Source of the DNA: Octopus sinensis
Lineage: Eukaryota
Direction: 5' to 3'
Length of the DNA: 64,000 nucleotides
Assembly: GCF_006345805.1 (NCBI RefSeq)
Contig: NC_043002.1
Span: forward strand, 86,056,001-86,120,000
This document shows, in pieces, positions 23,823-35,418 of the stretch. Made by a program: the position numbers and the translations under genes. Under the pieces are notes generated by a model. The model worked only from the letters and a program-made list of their open reading frames with translations. It did not search any database and was not told where the DNA came from. The stretch's first letter is position 1; every line of letters starts with the position of its first letter.

Positions 23823-25220
23823 GCTTCAAATTTTGCCACAAGGGCAGCAATTTTTAGTGAGGGGATGAGTCAATTACATTGATCTCAGTGTTCAACTGGT
23901 ACTTATTTTATCAACCCTGAAAGGATGAAAGGTAAAGTCGACCTAGGTGGAATTTAAACTCAGAGTGTAGTGACAGGTAAAATACCACTAAGCATTTTAG
24001 GCACTTAAAAATATTATTCTTATACAAAAAAAAAAAAAAATGATCAAATTGAAACCTAGGATGAGCTCAAAGGATTATTTACATTATTATATTTGAACAT
24101 TATTACATGCATGCATGTATGATATGTAGTGATTGTTACTGAGTTATGGACACCAGACTTGTTTAGGCACAGACATGGCTGTGTAATAAAGAAGTTCACT
24201 TTACAACAATCTAGTTTCACATTCAGTGTTACTAGCACATTAGAAAATGTTTTCTACTACAGCCTTGAATCAACCAATACTTTGAGAGTGAATTTAGTAG
24301 ACAAAGACTGTAAGAAGCCCATTGACTATGTATATGTTTGTGTGTTTGTTCCTTCATCTTGTTTTGACAGTTACACATTGATTATTATCAAAATCACCAT
24401 TCATGCAAATAATGCCATTTATTTGTGATCCTCTATGAAAATATGTCCTGCCTTTGAACTGTTCAATGTTTAAGGACTAAAGGATATATTACTTTGCCTG
24501 GAAACATTTGAGTGTTGGTGACAAGAAAGGCATCCAATTATAGAAAACCTGTCTTAACACAACTTTTGTTGGGTCCATGCAACCACTGAAAAATGTATGT
24601 TAAAATGAAGACAATGATGATGATGATAAAGTGTGTATGCATATGTGTGTGTTTGAAAATTTGTTGCTTTTTTTTACATGAAAAATATTAAAAAGATCAA
24701 ATAAATGAAAAAAAGACCAGATTGGCAAATTGCTAGACAGTAAATTGGCAGAATCATTAGAGTATACCTTGTGCTGTTTGATCTGGTTCATTGTCCTCTG
24801 AGTTCAAATACTGCCAAGAGCAACTTTGCCATTCAACCTTTCAGGGCTGATAAAATAAAGTACCATGCCATAACAGAATATTTTAGAGCATATTTGGTCT
24901 GACTCTTTGCATTCTGAGATCTTGAATGGCAGATTTAATATGTTGACAGTTTAACATGACTTTACCCTTGGATACCTTAAGCAGATCATATTCCGCTTTG
25001 TTGCATTTCAGTTAGGTCTTCAGTTTAAGATTAACTTACCCTCTTTCTTCCACCAGTCTTGAAGGGCAAGAAAAAAATAAAGGGTCATGGCTATTGCCCT
25101 GCCCTCCCTATGTCTCCTTATATATAAATAAGTTTTTATGCATACTGACAATTTAGACAATTAAGTTTAATCAAAGATAAAGCTTATTTATAGAAAAAAA
25201 ACTAATTGGTTGATTATAAC

Positions 25221-25642
25221 TACTCTTACTCTACTCTTTACTCTTTTACTCTTATTTGTTTTAGTCATTTGACTGCGGCCATGCTGGAGCACCGCCTTTA
25301 GTCGAGGGAATCGACCCCCAGGACTTATTCTTTGTAAGCCTAGTACTTATTCTATCGGTCTCTTTTGCCGAACCGCTAAGTTACGGGGATGTAAACACAC
25401 CACCAGCAGTTGTCAAGCAATGTTAGGGGGACAAACACAGACACACAAACATATACCCATACATACATATACATATATACGACGGGCTTCTTTCAGTTTC
25501 CGTCTACCAAATCCACTCACAAGGCTTTGGTCGGCCCGAGGCTATAGCAGGAGACACTTGTCCAAGGTGCCACACAGTGGGACTGAACACGGAACCATGT
25601 GGTTGGTAAGCAAGCTAGTTACCACACAGCCACTCCTGCACC
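25221..25642 (-). mobile_element. SINE family A, full length
   Basis: Head, core and tail intact. Confidence 0.9.
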
Positions 25643-25679
25643 TGTTGAATGTTGTTTAGTAATGTCCATTCGTTTAAAC

Positions 25680-26086
25680 CAGTATTTCTCAAAGTGAGCA
25701 GCACTGTCTCTTGGTGTGGTGGGGGATCATTGGAAAATTTTGTATAGTCCTGGCTGAAAGGGAATGCAGTAGGAGAACAGCTTCACACACCTGCACAGTT
25801 TTTTCTTAGTCTGTGTCCTGTTTAAATATTGTCGTAATTTTTTTTTTAATGTCCACACTATGATAAGCGGCTTGACAGCCACAATCACAACATCAACAAT
25901 AATAGCAGACTTTGAAATGTGAATAAGTAAATAAACAGAACCAAATATATACCACATATACATTCCATACTATATTAATGACTTACAGTTAATTTTATTG
26001 AATTTATAGTTGGAGATTATGGTAGGGATTGAAAATTAGTTAGTAAAGGAAAAGAGGTAAAATTGAAAAGAGTTTGAGAAGCATTG
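25680..26086. mobile_element. Old hAT (Charlie-type) MITE
   Basis: Termini CAGTATTTCTCAAAGT / AGTTTGAGAAGCATTG; imperfect TSD (gtttaaac / attaaac). Confidence 0.55.
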
Positions 26087-28958
26087 ATTAAACATTTTGA
26101 TTTAATTTCATGTTAGGTGGTTAAAATGATAAATTTTACAAAATTAAATTGATTGAACAGATGTGAATTATTACTCCCCTTCATGGTTAAAATGTTTGAT
26201 GAATAGAAAAACTATTTCTAATCACTTCTATTCTAAGAACTGATTATTTGCAAAACAAAATGTGCCCTGTGAAATAAGAATAAATCTAACTTAGTATGAA
26301 TTTTCAAAAATAGAAGGTTTAGTATGATCTAATACTCGTTAATTACTTTACTTTTTAGCAGGAGAGAAGGCAATGCCCATGACCCATTAAAGGGCTTCTG
26401 AAACTCATGGGAATTGGTGAGGGATGTATCCTCAAATTGGAGACCTGATCCAAATGCTTGCAACAAAGTAGATTCCATTAAAGACATCAAAGCTTTCTAG
26501 TGTTAAACTGGACAAAAGATTAAGTCTATAACTGGATTTGAATTTAGAACAGAAAAAGTCAGAACAAATACCACAAATATTGGTCAAATATTTTTACAGT
26601 TCTGCTAAACCACAATGTTTGTTTTAGTAGGAGTTGAACCCAAATCATAGAGAGTCAGAACAAATATCATGAGGTATTTTATCCAATGCTCTAACTTCTC
26701 TGCCAATTCACTGTAACAGTTAATTGTAAATTTATTTGACTTTGTCTCAGTAATAACAATGAACTTAGTTTAATCAATGAAAATACCTCGAAGAAGAAAT
26801 GCCTAATGTTTCAGACATTTATCCTTCCTTTGAGAAAAAAGAAGGAAATGAAGACTTAACACTAAGATACAAAATTGCAAGTCTGTGTCCGAGTGTTAAG
26901 ATCATTAAATTTTTTACCCTCTCTACCCAAAGAAGAAAGACAAACATTTAAAATAGATTTCTCTTCTTCCTCACATCATTTTGCCATCAAAGAACATCAC
27001 TAGTTTCCTCAGATTACAATAAACTATTGATGATTCTACCTTTAATCTAATTTATAATTTGTTGTTAGCTGCTGTTGTGCAGATCCTCTGGAAAGTACCA
27101 GCTTATAGTCTCTAAGTATTATATGTTTCATAATTTCTTAAGAGGAACAACAAACCAAGTAGAATTCATAAAATGAAGCAATAAATTTTGTAAAGTTATT
27201 TTACTAAAAAATTATCTTCTACTATTGTCAAAAATTAATAATTAGAATTTTGTATTTAATAATTCACATTTATTGATAGATTGCTTCTTTTCTTCTCAAA
27301 ATCAATTATGCCATATGTTTTAAATGTACTGATTTCAGTTTTAGCTATATTTATCTAAAAATAAACAATTAATAACTCATTTTTGTATATTTAATGTTTA
27401 TTATTTCCTATGGTATTTTATTACTAAATGCTTGGTTTTATTTATTTATATTTTATACTTGATTATTTTTTTTTTGATACATTCCAAATGACTGTTCAAT
27501 TTTCTAAAATTACCTTCAATGCAAAACATGAATTTATATTATTATCATTTCTTTTATTTTTCTCAAAAAAAGAAATTAAAAGATTTAGCCAAGTAAATCC
27601 AATGCATTAAAAAATTATTATTGATGTTAATAATTTTAATAAACATTAAGATTCTTTAATTTCTTTATGACACAATCATGTCTCTAACTTGTATAGAATA
27701 ATTCTTGGTATATCTAAAGTCATTATACTACTTCATGGTTATGAAGTTTAAAAGCAAAGAAAGTTCTGACATTAATGCCAAGCAAACCTCTATGTTTTTG
27801 CACAATCCATGCAGAATAGGGATTAAATTTTCTTTCAAATCACTCTCCATATTATATCAAGTTTGTAAGGACCCACTGGATAACCTTGTCTTAAATATGA
27901 CAAAAGATAGGATGATTACAACAAGAATGTCTTAGATGGTAGTTCTGTTTGATCAGGGTTTACTTGTGAGTAACCAATAGAAACAAGAACCAAAATAAAT
28001 ATAAAATATGTATGCAAACTTTTAAAAACGTCAGTAAATAAGTGATGTCATGTTTTGTAAATGAAATTTGAACTGAAATAGTGTACATATATAGTGATTT
28101 TATTAGAATCAGTAACACAAAGCAATTATTTAAATTATGATGACCATATTCTCATATGGTTTTGAATCAGTACTATTGTTTCCTTCACAATAATAGTTTT
28201 CAATGAAAGATTGTGGTGTTGTGACAGCTGATGAATGCAAGACACAGATGAAAGGAGATATGTGACAGTGGCTTATGGTGGTTGTTGTATTGAGTGTGCT
28301 GCCACACACAATGCCACCAAATTTCAAGCAGGAGTACAACAAAAACTTTCCATTAAGATTTGTGGTTAAATTAATGAGTATGGTTAATATTTATAATGAA
28401 TTTGCCATTTCTGAAGGGTATACAGTGCACACCTAGCACACCCAGAATATACGCCCCTGATATGTGGTACATGTATTATTATACTTGATAAGTGCAAATT
28501 GTAGTCAATAGATGATGACAATAATGATGATGAGGATAATTGTTTCTAACATAAGCACAAAGCCAGGAATTTGGCAGGGAGTGCTAAGTTGATTATATCA
28601 ATCTTGGTATTTGACAGGTACTTTATTTTATCAACCCTGGAGTGATGAAAGAAAAAGTCTACCTTCATGGAATTTGAACACAGAATGTAAAGAGTTGGAT
28701 CAAATACCACAAGGTATTTCATCTAACACTAATGGCTTTCCAAATCCACAGCCCTGTGATGATGAAAAGTAATATATAAAAACAGAAAGCATATTCTAAA
28801 TATCAATTATACAGAGATAATAAATTGTTTTTTTTTTATTTAGTTAGGGAGTGGCAGGGCAACAACACCGAACCCCACCAGTTTTCAAGACCAGTAAGAC
28901 AAGTGGAAGGAGGTTATCCTCAAATTAGAGAGCAGGCCCAAATGCTTGCAACAGTGTG

Positions 28959-29257
28959 TTTGTTCCTTCTCAAATCTTCTGGCTCATTAGGGCCGGTTTC
29001 CCAGTTTCCTTTGCATATAGGTTCCCCACCTGGATGGGACACTGGTCCGTTGCAGGTGAGCTGCAAGATGCAGGAGGAAAGAGTGAGAGAGAGTTGTGGC
29101 AAAAGGGTCAGCAGAAGTTTGCCATTACCTTCTGCCGGAGCTGCGTGGAGCTTAGGTGTTTCGCTCGTAAACACATGCATCATCTAGTCTGAGATTTGAA
29201 CCTGCAATCCCTTGACTGCAAGTCCACTGCTCTAACCACTAGGCCATGTGCCTCCAC
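28959..29257 (-). mobile_element. SINE family C, second copy with TSD
   Basis: Homologous to 5745-6061; TSD TTG(C/A)AACAGTGTG at 28946-28958 and 29258-29270. Confidence 0.9.
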
Positions 29258-30469
29258 TTGAAACAGTGTGAACCCCTACTAAAGAAATTCAAGAGCCAAG
29301 TGATGGGGTTAAATTTGGCAACAGATTAAGTCTACAATCCAGAAACTCAGAACACAAAAAACCAGAACAAAAGAAAAACTGCACCACCCCACCACCCTCA
29401 TCTGGTACTTTATTTTATGGAATCTAAAATGGAAACTTGATGCCAGGACCTGAACTCAGAGCCCTGGAGAGCTAGATGATATACTGCATGTGATTTTGTT
29501 CAATACTCTCATGACTCTGCCTATTTAGTCAATTTAATGATACATTAAGAAAAACTACCTTGATATTTAAATAAAATGAAAAATTAATTGTTATGGAACA
29601 AGCAGAATCTAGCACCACTGGCAGATAATCAATAATGCTAACAGAAATGAGATTTTTTACAGTCATTTCATTAAGGATACCAAAAAAATATTTTGGAAGA
29701 AAAATTTATCAAGCTTCACCAAAATTATTTTGTTTTGATCCGATTATCTACAATTTGATAATTTCTCAGATACCAGATACAGTAATCTACAAATGTTACT
29801 TGATAATTTGAAGATTATCATTCAATACATGCACACACACACACACACAATATTTTATTGTAAATGTAATATGTAATCCTAAGAATAGTTAAATATACAC
29901 TATGAAACCAAACCATACAAACAAATGTACACACACACACATACCAATATATATGTACACACACACACACACATATATATATACTCACATATATATGTAT
30001 GCACACACACACACACATATATATATTCGCACACAAATACACAATGTAGGTCTTCATGGTTTCATAATGGATTTATTATGTATTCTTAAGAATCCATTAG
30101 ATTTACAGTAAAACATTGTAAATTTGTTGTAAAGCAGATAGAAACCCTTGAAGCATCTGACTTGAGATGATTAGTTTCCTGTTATTCAGGTAAATGATAC
30201 AGCATAACATCTAAAAGATGAGGGACAGAGTGCATGGAAGAGAGAGACAGGAGGCAGAAAGATAAGAGGAAGAAAGAGAGACAGAAAAATTTCATGACTG
30301 CTAATAGCTATCAAGTTAAAGTGCAACAATTTAAAAAAGAAATGTTAATATTTGCTGAGAATGTTCCAAAATAAGGGGAAATTAATTTTGAATGTTTTCT
30401 TAAGAAATTATTTTTAAGCTACTACAGACAGAATGTGTCTGCGATTTTAGATGTTAGACATGTTGCAAT

Positions 30470-30666
30470 TACTCTTTTACTTGTTTCAGTCATGTGACTG
30501 TGGCCATGCTGGAGCACCACCTTTAGTCGAGCAAATCAACCCCAGGACTTATTTTTTGTAAGCCTAGTACTTATTCTATCAGTCTCTTTTGCCGAACTGC
30601 TAAGTTACAGGGACATCGGTTGTCAAGCGATGTTGGGAGGACAAACACAGACACACAAACACATAC

Positions 30667-30707
<41 letters not shown>

Positions 30708-31001
30708 TTGGCCTGCTCGCTTAGCCAGCGGGGTGGCGTCATTCGAAGGCTAAAACAATGCGAACGCATTGTGACCAGCGATGTGTAACAACATCTGATG
30801 GTCTGGTCGGTCACGTGATCACGTGATATATATATATATATATACATACGACGGGCTTCTTTCAGTTTTCGCCTACCAAATCCACTCACAAGGCTTTGGT
30901 CAGCCCAAGGCTATAGTAGAAGACACTTGTCCAAGGTGCCACATAGTGGGACTGAACCCTGATCCATGTGGTCAGTAAGCAAGCTACTTACCACACAACC
31001 A
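30470..31001 (-). mobile_element. SINE family A with a nested insertion in its internal (TA)n
   Basis: Both halves present, separated by (TA)n plus 30708-30826. Confidence 0.88.
30708..30826 (+). mobile_element. ~120-bp GC-rich structured module in (TA)n (copy 1)
   Basis: TTGGCCTGCTCGCTTAGCCAG...GGTCACGTGATCACGTGA; reverse copy at 41788-41913; homologous to the 3' half of the SINE at ~59800-60060. Confidence 0.85.
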
Positions 31002-31445
31002 CTGAGGAAAAATCATCTAGAACTATCTGCACACACATGCACAGAGATACACACACACACACACACACACACACAACAAGATCTTTTAATTTCTGCTTAC
31101 CAAATTCACTCAAAAAACTTTGGTCAGCTTGGGGTTATAGAAGAAAACACTAGCTCAAAGTGCTGTGCTGTGGGACTGAATCCAAAACCATGTGGTTCGG
31201 AAGTGAACTTCTTAACCACACAGCCATACATATGTCTTTTATATGTGTGTGTGTGTGTGTGCGTGTTAGTGCATGCATATGCATGTGCATGTATGTGTAT
31301 GCATGTCTCTCTGTTTGCCTATCTGTCTGTATGTATCTATATAGGGGTAGGGAAGTAATAGGAAGTTATTTTCAAGTAGGCAAACTGAATTAAGAAAGTA
31401 ATAAACTTTGCTTGAGGATAAGGAAAAAGCAGGAAAAAAATGCAT

Positions 31446-31696
31446 TACCCACCACATGGTTCTGAGTTCAGTCCCACTGCATGGCACCTAGGGCAGGTGT
31501 ATTCTACTATAGCCTCGGGCCGACCAAAGCCTTGTGAGTGGATTTGGTAGATGGAAACTGAAAGAAGCCTGTCATATGTGTGTGTGTGTGTGTGTATGTT
31601 TATGTGTCTGTCACCCCACCATTGCTTGACAACCAATACTGGTGTGTTTACGTCCCCGCAGTCAAATGACTGAAAACAAACAAAAGAGTAAAAGAG
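31446..31696 (+). mobile_element. SINE family A with internal deletion
   Basis: Core present; the 3' half is joined at TCCCCGCAGTCAAATG. Confidence 0.8.
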
Positions 31697-32201
31697 ATAG
31701 TAATGGACCAGAAAACCTTTGGCTATGGATTTGCTCAGTCAGGGCTGACCAAGTGCTAAAAAATACAAACAACATCAGCAGTAGCACTGCAAGATCAACA
31801 AGTGTTTCATTTACTTGTAATACTGATTCCAATTTCATTTAAAGACAAGGAAAATTTAATAGGAAAAGAAACTACCCAAGTATTTAACAACAGGTCAACA
31901 GAATCTGTTGATCCATTTTCTGGGTACTAATTATGAGTGGTGCATGATGGATGTTGGGCAATAGTTTACATAGCCCAGATTAAATTCATCGTACAAAAAT
32001 CGACATTTAACCCTAAATAGATATGACAAAATGACATCATATATTACTGGTTTCAAATTTTGGCACAAGGCCAGCAATTTTGGGGAAGGGGTAAGTACAT
32101 TGACCCCTAGTACTCAACTGGTACTTATTTTATCACCCCAAAAGGATGAAAAGCAATATTAACCTTGGAGGAATTTGAACTCAGAACATAAAAGCATCAT
32201 A

Positions 32202-32364
32202 GGCGCAGGAGTGGCTGTGTGGTAAGTAGCCTGCTTACCAACCACATGGTTCCGGGTTCAGGCCCACTGCGTGGCACCTTGGGAAAGTGTCTTCTACTAT
32301 AGCCTCGGGCCGACCAAAGCCTTGTGAGTGGATTTGGTAGACAGAAACTGAAAGAAGCCTGTCG

Positions 32365-32401
<37 letters not shown>

Positions 32402-32612
32402 TTGTGTGTCTGTGTTTGTCCCCCCAACATCACTTGACAACCGATGCTGGTATGTTTACGTCCCCGTTACTTAGCAGTTCGGCAAAAGAGGCCGATAAAA
32501 TAAGTACTAGGCTTACAATGAATAAGACCTGGGGTCAATTTGCTTGACTAAAAGGCGGTGCTCCAGCATGGCCGCAGTCAAATGACCAAAACAAGTAAAA
32601 GAGAAAAAAGAA
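32202..32612 (+). mobile_element. SINE family A, full length
   Basis: Head, core and tail intact. Confidence 0.9.
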
Positions 32613-32827
32613 AAAGATATATTATTAATATGAAAATATTAAAGGTAGTTACCATTTTTGATGGTACATTGGATATACTTTTTTCCAAATAAATGTCTCA
32701 AAAAAATCACTCCAGGCCTGATATGCAAAGTAGGGTCTTCCCATAAGGTTCAAACCCCAAAACCTTTCTTCCTGATACACCCCGTGGAAACTGGGGTGTG
32801 TATAATATGCTTATGCATCTTTTATAC

Positions 32828-33347
32828 CAGGGGACACCAAACTTTTTTTATGGTGTGCCAAATAACTGAGAGAATGATAAGCATGGGTTGCGTAACTATT
32901 TTGTTTATTACAATATCGTGAATACACAAAAAAATTTTAAAAAACCCAACATATTTATTTACCCAAAAGTTATCAAAGAGGGTGACGTCAGTGATGAGAT
33001 AGTTATATCATTATATCACACCCAGTGCACACATATCCAAATCTCACAAACTAAGCACCAAAAAAAGTTTAATGAGATTTGTGAAACTGGTGTTTAGCTT
33101 TTAAGATATCAATATTTGCTTTGATGTTGCTGCATCCAGCCAAGAGAATTGCTTTCAAACATTCATCAGTCAACCTTGTTCAGTATGCTGACTTCACACT
33201 TCATTTTTGAAAATATTTGTTTACAGACATAAGTTGTTCCAAACACTGATGGCAAATGAAGGTACTTACAGGTACTTACCAGAGGTAAATGCAGGTACTT
33301 ACACAAAAGGTACAGAGTGGTGGCAGGCCGTAGTTTGGTGACCCCTG
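32828..33347 (-). mobile_element. Internally deleted hAT (Buster/Charlie/SPIN-like) transposon with 8-bp TSD
   Basis: TIRs CAGGGGACACCAAACT / AGTTTGGTGACCCCTG; perfect TSD TTTTATAC (32820-32827, 33348-33355); minus-strand relic SVFGTTYVCKQIFSKMK...RLTDECLKAIL of the hAT dimerisation domain. Confidence 0.92.
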
Positions 33348-35064
33348 TTTTATACCATCAAATACAGTAAATATTGATTTCAAATTTTGGTATAACACCA
33401 GCAATTTTGTGGGGAGCAGTGAGTCAATTACATTGACTCCACACTTAACTGGTATTTATTTTATCAACCCCCAAAGGATAAAAGGTATATCGGGCCTTGG
33501 TAGAATTCAAACTCAGAACATGAAGACGAATGGAATGCCACTAAGCATTTCACCTAGCATGCTAACAATTCTGACAGTTAGCTGCCTTAAATACAGGAAA
33601 TATCAAACTGAAAACTATAAACATATGTAGGCTTTTAAAATTCAAAACTAAAAAAAAACGTTATTCTGGAAAACATCAGGATATTTGTAGATATATATTC
33701 AAGTAAATTTTGAATACATTCTTATTATTTGTTATTATTGAAGTTTAGGGTTGAAGACTGAAAAAGACATGAAAGGAGTGAATCAATCAAATGCTATTTG
33801 ATTGAACCTTAAAGATGAGAGAATAAAGAATCATAACGCATCAGAATACATTACATAAAAAATGGTGCCCCAGCATGGCCGCAGCCTTTGGTCTGAAACA
33901 TTTTTAAGGATTTAGAACAGGTTTACTCAAACTCATATTAAGATGAAATTTAAACAACAATGAGGCTGATAATAATAATTTGAATTATTTTATAATTGAA
34001 TACACACTTAACTGCAAAATGAAGATAGTCAATGTTTTACCAGCAGATATAAAAGCTAGTGAAGGAGCAGGTGTCTGTTAAGAGTACAGTCTAAAGAGGG
34101 TATTAATCTATTTTATCTACGTCAACAGTCTACATTCTTAATTATCAGAGTCACAGCTCCTTTCAGTTAATATTTGATCAACTACTATTTATTTGTACTG
34201 TTAGAAATATTTTTCTTAATGCTGTCAAACCTGTGAAGTTAATGTATTTCAAATTGAAATTTCAAATAGATTTTGCACAAAAGTTATCATAAAAAACTAC
34301 TTTATGAATACAAGCATCATTAACAAATCTACCACCATGATAAATGATTACTTCCTTTCAAAGAAACAAGAGGCCATTGTAATTGCATTAAAAAGTAAAT
34401 TTTGACATGTCGTTCTAAATAACTGTAATATCTTGACAAAGAAGTTGTGACTAATCAAGAACAGGGGGAATGAAATAAAATGTATGATACAGATTTAATT
34501 CATATCAAAAACACCCCCAAACATAGCCTGCTCCAGATGGAATATTATTAAATAAAGAAAATCCCTTTTTAAAAATGTTTTTCCTATTCTTTAACATAAC
34601 ATATTTTCTTTCTGAATGAATAAATGGCCAGAGGCAACCACTTTATTTTTATTATCCTGATAAAGTAAGTTTTCTTTACCTCTCTGAGTTACATGAATAC
34701 CTGTTGCTCCTTAGAGATATTTAAAGGATTAACATCTTCTTGATTGTCACTAGAGCTTAGTTGTTACAACACTAAACACCAGATGACTAAAAAGAGAGTT
34801 AATCAGAAATCACGGTTGTAATTTGTAATTTAGATTTATTCCTAAGTTTGTAAATGAACAGAAAGTAACACACGTATATGTATATATGATTTTTCTAAGA
34901 GTTTTGTTTAAGTTCTTCTTTAGAGAATTCCAGACATTCATCAACAAAGCGACATGACTTTTTGAGCGAAGAGACTTCCTGGTGTCTATAAATATGTGAT
35001 TGTGTTGGTTCAGCTATCAATGAACACACTGAGGTATGTGCATCTATTCACCAAAAGAATTTCA

Positions 35065-35163
35065 TATGTATGTATGTATGTATGTACGTATGTGTGTGTA
35101 TGTATGTATATATGCATGTGTGTGTATATATGTTATATATGCATGTGTGGTGTATATATGTAT

Positions 35164-35195
<32 letters not shown>

Positions 35196-35418
35196 CATAT
35201 TATATACATAATTATACATATTATATATACATATATATATATATACATACATATATATATATACATACATATATATATACATACATATATATATACATAC
35301 ATACATATATTATAACATACATATATATATACATATACCTACATATACATATACATACATATATATATATATACATATATATACATATTATATATACATA
35401 TATATATATACATATATA
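35065..35418. repeat. Compound (TA)/(TACA)/(TATG) microsatellite
   Basis: Direct inspection. Confidence 0.95.
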
